Assembly: GCA_946499275.1 (NCBI GenBank)
Contig: CAMMRL010000001.1
Span: 16,560 to 80,559, forward strand
Direction: 5' to 3'
DNA: 64,000 bases
DNA from: an uncultured Clostridia bacterium
GTDB lineage: Bacteria; Bacillota; Clostridia; Oscillospirales; Acutalibacteraceae
The notes below the pieces were generated by a model. That model was not told the DNA's origin. It saw only the letters and a list, made by a program, of their open reading frames with translations, and did no database searches. Position 1 is the first letter of the stretch, and each line of letters begins with the position of its first letter. Positions 10,664-19,157 of this stretch are shown piece after piece. The translations under genes were made by a program, and so were the position numbers.

Positions 10664-11533
10664 TTACAACAAAGAATTCACTACTGCTGAAATATCCGCG
10701 TTGATACAAATAGATTGTTTCTCAATTTCCCTCGGGCAAATCGCTTCCCCCCAATTAATACAAGCATACACCGACTTTGGGTTCCTTGCTGTCATCTGCC
10801 AGAAAGGGTATTTTATAATGACGGGAGTATTGGCCCCCACGCCAAGTTCCAAAAACAGAATATGCAGCCCTTCGTGATGGCGGATGAAATCATCATAACG
10901 ATTGGACGCAGCATACCAACCGCCGTCCTGAACAAAGGTCATGTCGCAGCGCAGATTCATGGTCATAGGGGCACCGCAGACGGGGCACTTGGGGATCTGT
11001 TCCGTTGGGATTTTCATCCCTTTTTGTTCTCTGACCATTTGTCGTACTGCCGCTTCGTTGTCATAGGTTTTTTGATGGCAGGGCTTGGAGCATTGCCATA
11101 GCCCATAATCACCCTGCGTGTAAAATAACCGCTTCTTGTCAAAACCGGCAAGCTGGAACTGGTGGTCTACATTGGTGGTGAGTACAAAATAATCCGTATC
11201 CTTCACCAGTTTCAATAGGTCTCTGTAGGGTTTGCCCACACCGGCTTCATAGCGGTTTACCATGATCTGGCGGCTCCACCACGCCCAGTATTCCTCTAAG
11301 GTGTCGTAGGGATAGCAGCCGCCGGAGTACATGTCGCGAATCCCGTACTTTATGTGAAAATCTGCAAAGTTTTTTTCAAATCTTTCGCCGTCGTAGGACA
11401 TTCCAGCAGAGGTAGACAGCCCTGCTCCTGCGCCGATTACAATAGCGTCGGCGGTTTCGATCTCCTGTTTCAATTTTTCAATTTGCTCCGAGTAGTTGCC
11501 GGTAAACGCAGAGGTCGAACTCCTTAAAAACAT
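10664..11533 (-). CDS. atypical SIR2-family protein (class M sirtuin-like, candidate ADP-ribosyltransferase)
   Basis: ATG 11533 has GGAGGTGA 7 nt upstream, inside the preceding ORF. Contains GAGAGLS, TTNVDHQF, and Zn-module cysteines CSKPC...CPVC. Confidence 0.85.
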   Translation of the reverse strand: MFLRSSTSAFTGNYSEQIEKLKQEIETADAIVIGAGAGLSTSAGMSYDGERFEKNFADFHIKYGIRDMYSGGCYPYDTLEEYWAWWSRQIMVNRYEAGVGKPYRDLLKLVKDTDYFVLTTNVDHQFQLAGFDKKRLFYTQGDYGLWQCSKPCHQKTYDNEAAVRQMVREQKGMKIPTEQIPKCPVCGAPMTMNLRCDMTFVQDGGWYAASNRYDDFIRHHEGLHILFLELGVGANTPVIIKYPFWQMTARNPKSVYACINWGEAICPREIEKQSICINADISAVVNSLL

Positions 11534-12257
11534 TGAATATCACCTCCATCTTGCTGTGCGCCCTTTTCTTGTACTCTCTTACGGTTTGGATGGCAATTTC
11601 CGCCGCTTTCTTATTGGGAAAATGAAATTCCCCTGTGGAAATACAACAAAAAGCCAGGCTTTTTATGCCGTTGTGCTCGGCCAGTTCCAAACAAGAGCGG
11701 TAGCAGTTGGCCAGCGTAGATGTTTCCCTTTTGGTCGGTCGTCCGCTCACAATAGGGCCAACGGTATGCAGGACATATTTGCATGGCAGGTTGAAAGCAG
11801 GGGTGATTTTCGCCTTGCCGGGTTTTTCCTCGCGGCCTTGTTGCTCCATGATCTGGGCGCAAGCCAACCGGAGCTGCACCCCGGCATAGGTATGGATGGC
11901 ATTGTCAACGCACCCGTGGCAGGGTACGAAGCAGCCCAGCATTTGGCTGTTGGCCGCATTGACGACAGCATCACACCGCAAGGTGGTAATATCCCCCTGC
12001 CAAAGATAAATCCTATCCTGCACAGGTTTGAGATCAGCTGAATCCGTGATACCTTTGTGACGGGTTTCCTCCTGCAAATAAGCGTCCTGCACCGCCAAAA
12101 ATTCCCGGCTGGCAGGCCGGGGCATTCGGATATTGAACAAGCAACGGAGCAGGCGTTTTTGCGCCTGTTCGTCTGTTGGGATTTCCATACCTATGTATCT
12201 TGGCTGCTCTTTCAGCAGTTGCTTGATTAAATACAATCGTCTTTCCAACTGTGTCAT
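11478..12257 (-). CDS. macrodomain protein (protein-ADP-ribose hydrolase type)
   Basis: ATG 12257 follows GGAAGG. Macro motifs GDITTLRCDAVVNAAN and CISTGEF are present. The 3' end overlaps the Sir2 gene by 56 nt. Confidence 0.85.
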   Translation of the reverse strand: MTQLERRLYLIKQLLKEQPRYIGMEIPTDEQAQKRLLRCLFNIRMPRPASREFLAVQDAYLQEETRHKGITDSADLKPVQDRIYLWQGDITTLRCDAVVNAANSQMLGCFVPCHGCVDNAIHTYAGVQLRLACAQIMEQQGREEKPGKAKITPAFNLPCKYVLHTVGPIVSGRPTKRETSTLANCYRSCLELAEHNGIKSLAFCCISTGEFHFPNKKAAEIAIQTVREYKKRAHSKMEVIFNVFKEFDLCVYRQLLGAN

Positions 12258-12259
12258 TT

Positions 12260-12456
12260 TGCGCCTTCCCGAAATCCCGCAGTCTTTGGGCATACTTTTG
12301 GAGTATTTGAACCGCTCGCCGTTTCCCGTATCAAGCTGACCATTATCTTTCCGATCCATTGCACGGGTGACGGGAAGGTCGCTTCTCATCCACGGTAGCA
12401 ACGACGGCTGGATGGCCTTCCTGCTGCAAAGAATTCAAAATTTCCATGGCCGTCAT
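12260..12456 (-). pseudogene. decayed N-terminal remnant of a pyridoxamine-5'-phosphate-oxidase-like (FMN-binding split-barrel) gene
   Basis: ATG 12456 opens MTAMEILNSLQQEGHPAVVATVDEKRPSRHP, then a stop at 12343. Similarity continues in another frame (VTRAMDRKDNGQLDTGNGERFKYSK) and ends at the macro gene start. Confidence 0.35.
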
Positions 12457-12712
12457 CCAAATGTACCTGCGTGGTTTTATTATACCTCTATGAATGCAAA
12501 GTGTTAAGTACGCACATTATTGTGCTGTAGTTACCCGGAGGGAACTATCGGAGCGACTTGCGCATAAAAAGCGCTAAGAACAGAAAAACGGGCGTTTGTG
12601 TCGATCGGGTTTGTACGACAAGGTATTGGCGCCTAGGTTCTGTCCATGTGTACTTTTCGCGGTAAATTGACGATAAACAGCGAATTTTGCCGGATAGGTG
12701 TGAACAAAACGA

Positions 12713-12741
12713 TTGAAGAAAGCTTCGCAATCTGGTATACT
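12713..12741 (+). promoter_or_regulatory. putative SigA-type promoter of thyX operon
   Basis: TTGAAG (12713-12718), 17-nt spacer, TATACT (12736-12741), with TG at 12733-12734 (extended -10). Confidence 0.55.
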
Positions 12742-12902
12742 AATTTGCGTATGTATTTTCTTTCACGGGTTTTCGCATTCCTCTTTGCCGCGGGGATTCC
12801 ATGTCTGTACAGGACGACCCCGCCTGCACGGGCAAAGGTTATCTGAACCGAGGATTATCGGGGGGAGCGACCATCCGTTCAGACAAAAGGAGAGGCTCAC
12901 TG

Positions 12903-13700
12903 ATGCTGAAAGTTACTTTGCTCGCCCATACACCGCAACCGGAACGCACCGTGGCGGCGGCGGCGAAGCTTTGCTATTCCCCCTCTTCCATTGAAACCGT
13001 ACTGGACGGGCTGACGGAGGAGAAAACCCATTCCTTTGTGGACATGCTGATGGAAATCGGCCATGAAAGCCCCATTGAGCATGCGTCCTTCACCTTTGGG
13101 ATTGAGGGCGTTTCCCGTTCCCTTTTGGCGCAGATTACCCGTCACCGCATCGCTTCGTTCAGTGTGCAGAGCCAGCGATACGTACGGGAAGGGCATTTTG
13201 AATTTGTCCTTCCACCGGAAATTGAAGCGATTCCGGAAGCCAAAGAGGAATATCTCCGTGCGATGGAAGAGGATCAGAAGCATTACGAGCGCCTGACCGA
13301 ACTGCTTAAAGAAAAGCATACGGCGGATTTTCTGGCGCAGGGGATGGAGGAAAAAGCGGCCCGCCGCGCCGCGGAGAAAAAGGCGATTGAGGACGCGCGC
13401 TTTGTGCTTCCCAACGCCTGCACCACCAAAATGATCGTGACCATGAACGCCCGGAGCCTGCAGAACTTTTTCCGGCACCGCTGCTGCAACCGCGCGCAGT
13501 GGGAAATCCGGGAGCTGGCGGAGCAGATGCTCGCCCTGTGCGTGGAAGCCGCGCCCGCCCTGTTCCGGCACGCCGGCCCGTCCTGTGTGTCCGGCCCGTG
13601 CCCGGAAGGGAAAATGTCCTGCCGGAAGGCGGACGAGGTGCGCGCGAAGTACCGGGCGATGCAGGAAAAAGCCGCGGAGGGTAGTGGCCGGCGAGAATAG
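12903..13700 (+). CDS. thyX: FAD-dependent thymidylate synthase ThyX
   Basis: ATG 12903 follows AAGGAGAG. ThyX motif RHRIASFSVQSQRY is present. Confidence 0.93.
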   Translation: MLKVTLLAHTPQPERTVAAAAKLCYSPSSIETVLDGLTEEKTHSFVDMLMEIGHESPIEHASFTFGIEGVSRSLLAQITRHRIASFSVQSQRYVREGHFEFVLPPEIEAIPEAKEEYLRAMEEDQKHYERLTELLKEKHTADFLAQGMEEKAARRAAEKKAIEDARFVLPNACTTKMIVTMNARSLQNFFRHRCCNRAQWEIRELAEQMLALCVEAAPALFRHAGPSCVSGPCPEGKMSCRKADEVRAKYRAMQEKAAEGSGRRE

Positions 13701-13739
13701 TGCCCAATGAACAGGATAAACAGGAAAAGAGGAATGGAA

Positions 13740-14399
13740 ATGGGGCGGCTGATCGTAATCGACGGGTTGGACGGCAGCGGGAAAACCACGCAGTTCGACC
13801 GTTTGAGCGAGTATCTGGACAATCGTGGGACAAGCTATAAACGGATTTGCTTCCCCGACTACGCCGAACCGTCCTCCACTTTAGTGAAAATGTATTTGCA
13901 AGGCGAATTCGGCGGTTCGCCCGACGCGGTGAACGCATACGCTGCTTCCTCTTTTTACGCGGTGGACCGCTACGCCAGTTATAAGCGCTTCTGGGAAGAG
14001 GATTATCGGAACGGGAAACTGATACTGGCTGCGCGGTACACCACTTCCAACGCCATCCACCAGATGGCGAAGCTGCCGCGGGAGGAATGGGACCGGTATC
14101 TCGCCTGGCTGGAGGAATACGAGTACATGCTACTCGGCCTGCCGAAACCGGCCGCGGTGATTTTTCTTGACATGCCGGCGGAAGTATCCCAGCGCCTGCT
14201 GTCCCGGCGGTATGGAGGAGACGAGAGCCGGAAGGATATCCACGAGCGGGACGCGGCTTACCTGCTCCGCTGCCGGGAAACCGCCTTGTACGCGGCGGCC
14301 CGCCTAGGGTGGGAGGTTGTTCCCTGCGCCCGGGACGGGCAACCGCGGCCGGAGGAGGAAATCACCGGCCGGCTGATCAATATTATCGAAAAGGACTGA
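13740..14399 (+). CDS. tmk: dTMP kinase
   Basis: ATG 13740 lies 6 nt after AGAGGA (ATG 13734 is an alternative). P-loop IVIDGLDGSGKTTQ is present. Confidence 0.9.
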   Translation: MGRLIVIDGLDGSGKTTQFDRLSEYLDNRGTSYKRICFPDYAEPSSTLVKMYLQGEFGGSPDAVNAYAASSFYAVDRYASYKRFWEEDYRNGKLILAARYTTSNAIHQMAKLPREEWDRYLAWLEEYEYMLLGLPKPAAVIFLDMPAEVSQRLLSRRYGGDESRKDIHERDAAYLLRCRETALYAAARLGWEVVPCARDGQPRPEEEITGRLINIIEKD

Positions 14400-14403
14400 C
14401 GTT

Positions 14404-15321
14404 ATGCTGGACACCGCACAAAAACTCGAATTCCGGACGCCAACTGTGGAGGACGCTGTTTGGGTGGCCCCGATCCTGCGTTCCGGGAATTATCGGGCGT
14501 GCGAGTTTTCGTTTACCACCATTTATATGTGGCGGAATTATTACCGCAACCAGATCGCCCGGTTGGGGGATACCGTTTTCGCCCGTTCCGGGGATACGGA
14601 GCCGGTGTACCTGTTGCCGGCGGGCGGGGATCTGAAGGAAAACATCTCCTTGCTCCGGGAATGGGAGCACGCCCAGGGGGAGAACCTGATCCTCTTTGGT
14701 GCGGACAAGGCGATGACAGAGCAAATCGACGTCTGGTTCCCCGGCGTATTTGAGTGGGAGCCTTCCCGCAACGACTTTGATTATTTGTATAATACGGAAG
14801 ACCTAGTGAACCTTTCCGGCAAAAAATATCACGGGAAGCGCAACCATATCGCCGCGTTTTCCGCGGCTTACGACTGGCAGTATGAGCCGATTACCGATGG
14901 GAACACCGACGAGGTAATCGCCATGACCAGGGAGTGGTGTAAGGAGCGCGGGAACTGCGAAGACCCCGGGCTGCAGAACGAGCGCTGTGCGATCCGGGAG
15001 GCCCTCCGCCACCGTGAAGCACTGTCCATCCAGGGCGGGCTGATCCGGGTCGGCGGGGACGGTGGCAAGGTAGTGGCCATGACGATGGGGTCCCCCATTA
15101 ACAGCGAAGTTTTCGATATCCATGTGGAAAAGGCGCTGCCCGCGTATGCCACGGCCTATTCGGTGATCAACCGGGAGTTTGCCGCTCATGCGGTTTTGGG
15201 GAATTACGCCTTGATCAACCGGGAAAACGACTTAGGCATCGAAGGGCTCCGCCGGGCAAAAAAGAGTTATAACCCGGTGTTGGTTTTGGAAAAATATCTG
15301 GGAACGGAACGCTCCCGATAG
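14404..15321 (+). CDS. DUF2156 (MprF C-terminal, aminoacyl-transferase fold) domain protein
   Basis: Matches the family pattern as I recall it: FTTIYMWRNYY, DFDYLY...LSGKKYHGKRNHIAAF, HVEKA, NRENDLGIEGLRRAKKSYNP. Confidence 0.8.
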   Translation: MLDTAQKLEFRTPTVEDAVWVAPILRSGNYRACEFSFTTIYMWRNYYRNQIARLGDTVFARSGDTEPVYLLPAGGDLKENISLLREWEHAQGENLILFGADKAMTEQIDVWFPGVFEWEPSRNDFDYLYNTEDLVNLSGKKYHGKRNHIAAFSAAYDWQYEPITDGNTDEVIAMTREWCKERGNCEDPGLQNERCAIREALRHREALSIQGGLIRVGGDGGKVVAMTMGSPINSEVFDIHVEKALPAYATAYSVINREFAAHAVLGNYALINRENDLGIEGLRRAKKSYNPVLVLEKYLGTERSR

Positions 15322-15332
15322 GAGGAACCCCG

Positions 15333-16214
15333 TTGGAAATCGCCTATGCGGAAAAGAGGGACCGCCCAGCGGCCAGGGAGATTTGGCTGGCCTGTTTTCC
15401 GGACGATTCGCCGGAAACGGTGGATTTTTTCCTTGACCGGCTGTGGAATCCCGGCTGGTGCCTGGTCGGCAGGGTTCAGGGCAGGGCGGTATCGATGGCC
15501 TTCCTCCTGCCGGCGGAGCTGGTGACGGAGGAAGGGCTGTTGCCGCTGCGGTATGTTTTTGCCGCGGCGACGCTGCCCGTGTTTCAAGGCCGTGGATATT
15601 TCGGCGCGCTGCTCCGCCGGGCGCACGAACTAGTAAAGGCGGACGGCGTGCAGGCGACGTTCCTCCGTCCGGCAGAGCCGGGGCTGGCCGTATATTACGA
15701 GCGGTTCGGCTACCGTCCGTACTTCACTTGCGTCGATGAGACTGTGGATTTGCCGCACCCGCCCGCTCTCAATCGTCCCTGCGCGGACAGGTTGGGGGGG
15801 AAAACGGCGGCCCGCTGCCGGGATGCTGCGCTGGAGGGCCGAAACGCCTGGGTGAGATGGCCGGCTCCGGTTGTGGAGCTGTCTGCTTACGGCGCCGGTT
15901 GGCTGACGGACGGCGGCTACGCGGCCGGCGGCCCGGCGGAGATGGCTGTACTGGGTGAATACAGCCCGGCGGGGGAGAAACAACCCGGGCTCTTTTTTCG
16001 GGAATGGATTGCCAAAGCGGGGGGCGAACAGGCGATGCTGGCCGCTGCTGCTCGCCGTTATCCGCAAGCGCGGAGCCTGCGCCGCCGCCGTCCAGCTCAC
16101 GCGGGAGAGACAGCGCCGCCGTTTGGATGGCTGTGCCCACTGTCGGAACGGGCCGAGACGCTGTTTTGTACGGCGGATCAGGACAAGCCGTATATGGGCC
16201 CGGCGCTCGACTGA
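15333..16214 (+). CDS. GNAT family N-acetyltransferase with extra C-terminal domain
   Basis: TTG 15333 lies 6 nt after GGAGGA. Acetyl-CoA motif VFQGRGYFGALLRRA and YYERFGYRP are present. Confidence 0.75.
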   Translation: MEIAYAEKRDRPAAREIWLACFPDDSPETVDFFLDRLWNPGWCLVGRVQGRAVSMAFLLPAELVTEEGLLPLRYVFAAATLPVFQGRGYFGALLRRAHELVKADGVQATFLRPAEPGLAVYYERFGYRPYFTCVDETVDLPHPPALNRPCADRLGGKTAARCRDAALEGRNAWVRWPAPVVELSAYGAGWLTDGGYAAGGPAEMAVLGEYSPAGEKQPGLFFREWIAKAGGEQAMLAAAARRYPQARSLRRRRPAHAGETAPPFGWLCPLSERAETLFCTADQDKPYMGPALD

Positions 16215-16256
16215 GCGCCGTGAGCTCGACTGAGCGCCGTGAGCTCGACTGAGCGG
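16206..16256 (+). repeat. 19-nt tandem repeat, about 2.7 copies, spanning the GNAT stop codon
   Basis: ctcgactgagcgccgtgag at 16206-16224 and 16225-16243, with a partial third copy to about 16255. Confidence 0.9.
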
Positions 16257-16329
16257 TAGACGCAGGTTTTGGTATATAGAGGGAGATGCCCGATTTTTCA
16301 GGCGGCGAAAGACCGGCTGCGGAGAAAGG

Positions 16330-16878
16330 ATGCTGACAATGATTGCTGTGTTTCTGGCCATGGGCTTTGAAGAAATTGAAGCGCTCGCCGTGGTGGATGT
16401 TCTTCGGCGGGCGGAGCTGCCGGTCGTTATGGTCGGCGTGGGTGGGCCGATTGTCCGCGGCGCTCACGGAATTACCGTGGCGGCGGATATACCGGATACC
16501 GACTTCGATCCGTCGTCCCCCGAAGCGGTCATCCTGCCCGGCGGCATGCCGGGGACGCTCAACCTCGAGCATTCGAAGGTAGTGCAGGCTGCATTGGACG
16601 AAGCGGAAAAGCGCGGGATTTGGATTGGGGCGATCTGCGCCGCGCCGTCGATTCTGGGACATCGGGGTATGCTCCGGGGCAAACGGGCGGTTTGCTTCCC
16701 TGGATACGAGCAGGAATTAGAAGGGGCGCTGCCTTCGGATCAGCCGGTGGAGGTGGACGGAAGGATCATTACGGCCCGGGGTGCGGGCGTAGCGGTCGAT
16801 TTCGGTCTGCGAATTGTGGAGGAGATCGTTTCTCCTGAACGGGCAGCCAAGCTGAAGGCGGCCATGCAATGCCGGTAG
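16330..16878 (+). CDS. DJ-1/PfpI family protein
   Basis: Nucleophile elbow IGAICAAPSILG and the typical N-terminus AVFLAMGFEEIEALAVVDVLRRA. Confidence 0.88.
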   Translation: MLTMIAVFLAMGFEEIEALAVVDVLRRAELPVVMVGVGGPIVRGAHGITVAADIPDTDFDPSSPEAVILPGGMPGTLNLEHSKVVQAALDEAEKRGIWIGAICAAPSILGHRGMLRGKRAVCFPGYEQELEGALPSDQPVEVDGRIITARGAGVAVDFGLRIVEEIVSPERAAKLKAAMQCR

Positions 16879-17456
16879 GGGATATCCGGCCGATCAAGGC
16901 CACGCTGAGAGAACAATATAAAGCGCTGCGCCGGGAAATGACGCCCCAGCAGAAGACCCTGCGCGACCGGCAGATCACCGAACGTGTGCTGGCGCTGTGG
17001 CAGTATAAACGGTGCCGGCAGCTGCTCACATACGTTTCCACGGCGATTGAGGTGGATACGCTGGAAATTATCCGCCGCGCGCTGGCGAACGGTAAGCGGG
17101 TGGCGGTCCCTCGTTGCGTCCCCGGAACAAGGAATATGGAGTTTTTCTATATCACCGGTCTGGACGACCTGGAGCCGGGATCCTTCGGCGTACTGGAACC
17201 CAAACCGGAACAATGCCAAAAAGCGACCGATTTCACGAACGGCTTGTGTCTGGTACCCGCTTTATGTTATGATTGGAGAGGATACCGGCTCGGGTATGGA
17301 AAGGGCTATTACGACCGGTTCCTAGCCGGGTTCGGCGGACATATGATTGGAATTTGTTACAGCGACTGTATCCGGCGCAAGTTGCCGCACGGCCGGTTTG
17401 ACCGGCCGGTGGAGCTGCTGGTGACCGACCGTTATCTGCGACGCACCGCCCGCTGA
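16869..17456 (+). CDS. 5-formyltetrahydrofolate cyclo-ligase
   Basis: Motif GYRLGYGKGYYDRFL. Overlaps the preceding gene by 10 nt. Confidence 0.88.
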   Translation: MPVGDIRPIKATLREQYKALRREMTPQQKTLRDRQITERVLALWQYKRCRQLLTYVSTAIEVDTLEIIRRALANGKRVAVPRCVPGTRNMEFFYITGLDDLEPGSFGVLEPKPEQCQKATDFTNGLCLVPALCYDWRGYRLGYGKGYYDRFLAGFGGHMIGICYSDCIRRKLPHGRFDRPVELLVTDRYLRRTAR

Positions 17457-17497
17457 GGGGGCGCGGGTATCTGCGGCTGTATAGGAGAGTGACAACC

Positions 17498-19036
17498 ATG
17501 GCCGATGATTTGGACAAGATTTTGAAAGATATTGAAGCGGAGAAGGAAGCGCGGCGCAGGGAGGAAGAACAGGCCCGGCATCTGCTGCGGGTAGATGAAC
17601 AGACCGAGCATCGCCTGAAGGAAGAGCGGAAAAGCAAAGTCTCGGGCTTTAAGCTGGATCTGAATCTCGACGAGGAGATCCCATCTCCCGAACCGGTTCC
17701 CTCTCAGGACGGCAATGGGCAGGCACGGGGGGAGACGGCGGAAGCAGAACCCATCGACCAGGTGGATGGCGGCGGAACAGTACCGTCCGAAGGGAATGCC
17801 CCCCCGGTGGAAGACAGACCGGCTTCGGCCGACACCCCCTACATGCCGGCGGAAGTACCGCCGCAAGAAGAGCCCTCGCCGCAGGAAACTGGCAAACGGA
17901 AAAAAGAGACCGACCCGCAGGCTAAGATGGCCTGGGGCTGCGTCCGGGGAATTATTTACGCGGTTGCGGTGCTGGCGGTTTCCGGCGTACTGGCTTATTT
18001 CCTTGTTGCGGGAGCGCTGGATTTAACCGGCCTGAATAAATCCGAGACCAAGGTGTCGGTTACGTTGACCGAAGCGGACTGCGAAGATACCGGGAAAGTT
18101 GCCAAGGTCCTGAAAGACGCCGGCGTGATCGATCAGCCGCTTATTTTCCGGCTGTATTGCATGCTTACCAAGGCGGACGGCCATTTTATGCCGCAGGACG
18201 AGGTGGCCCTTTCCGCGGATATGGGGTATGAAACCATCATCAACATCCTTAAGTCCAATAAACGGGAGGAAGTCCGCGTTACCTTCCCGGAAGGGATGAC
18301 CGTCAAAGAGATAGCGGAAAAGCTGGAAGAAAACGGCGTTTGCACCGTCAGCGAGTTTTATACAGCGATGGAGCAAGGGGAGTTCTCTTATTCGTTCCTG
18401 CACGAGATTCCCACCGATGAAGCGCATGCGGGCCGGATTGAGAAGTTCGAGGGGTATCTGTTCCCGGATACCTACGACTTTTATGTCGGCAGTTCGGGGG
18501 AAACGGCGGTGAAAAAGTTTCTAACCGCTTTTGCCAACAAGGTGGAAAAGTCCGTCGTCGGGGAGGACGGGGACAGCACCCCCACCTCCATCAAGGCGAA
18601 AGCACAGGGGATGACGTTGGACGAGGTGATTATCCTGGCGTCGATTGTGCAATGGGAAGCGGACAACGTGGAGGATATGTATAAAATTGCCCGGGTGCTC
18701 CGCAACCGCCTGGACAACCCCACCCTGTACCCGAAGCTGGAATGCGATTCGACCAAACGGTATATCAACAATCTTTACCCGCCGGTGGATGGGCAGACGA
18801 TCGAAAACCTGGATTACGACACCTATAAACGCAATGGCCTGCCGGTCGGGCCGATCAACAACCCTGGCATGGACGCAATCGATGCGGTGCTGAACCCATC
18901 GGAAGAAATGGAGGGCTATTACTTCTTCGCCACCGCGTACAATTCGGATGGGTCGACCAAGACGTATTACTCCAAAACGTATGCGGAACATGAGAAGATC
19001 TGCCGCAAATACGGCATCGGCATGTACGCGCAATAA
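17498..19036 (+). CDS. mltG: endolytic murein transglycosylase MltG (YceG family) with long disordered N-terminus
   Basis: ATG 17498 lies 8 nt after GGAGAG. Charged/Pro-rich first ~150 aa, TM IIYAVAVLAVSGVLAYFLV, and YceG-like C-terminal domain (LASIVQWEA, GLPVGPINNPG). Confidence 0.88.
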   Translation: MADDLDKILKDIEAEKEARRREEEQARHLLRVDEQTEHRLKEERKSKVSGFKLDLNLDEEIPSPEPVPSQDGNGQARGETAEAEPIDQVDGGGTVPSEGNAPPVEDRPASADTPYMPAEVPPQEEPSPQETGKRKKETDPQAKMAWGCVRGIIYAVAVLAVSGVLAYFLVAGALDLTGLNKSETKVSVTLTEADCEDTGKVAKVLKDAGVIDQPLIFRLYCMLTKADGHFMPQDEVALSADMGYETIINILKSNKREEVRVTFPEGMTVKEIAEKLEENGVCTVSEFYTAMEQGEFSYSFLHEIPTDEAHAGRIEKFEGYLFPDTYDFYVGSSGETAVKKFLTAFANKVEKSVVGEDGDSTPTSIKAKAQGMTLDEVIILASIVQWEADNVEDMYKIARVLRNRLDNPTLYPKLECDSTKRYINNLYPPVDGQTIENLDYDTYKRNGLPVGPINNPGMDAIDAVLNPSEEMEGYYFFATAYNSDGSTKTYYSKTYAEHEKICRKYGIGMYAQ

Positions 19037-19085
19037 GCCAAGTATCCTTTGTGGGCGGGGATTACGCCCCGGGCGGTTGGCAGCA

Positions 19086-19124
19086 AAAAGGTGTGCCTAT
19101 TCGGATGAATAGGCACACCTTTTG
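19086..19124. terminator. bidirectional terminator between mltG and apgM
   Basis: Stem aaaggtgtgcctattc / gaataggcacaccttt, flanked by A-run and T-run. Confidence 0.8.
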
Positions 19125-19157
19125 ACATGATCTGGGGGGCTGTTTGGGAAGGCGGTT

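Noticed and set aside
12818-12830. CCCCGCCTGCACG in the thyX leader resembles the 3' CCGCCTGGGC segment of the ZTP (pfl) riboswitch
   Set aside because: The upstream ZTP core (GGGTCGTGACTGGCG / CCGGGCGGA type sequences) is absent, and the match itself is imperfect.
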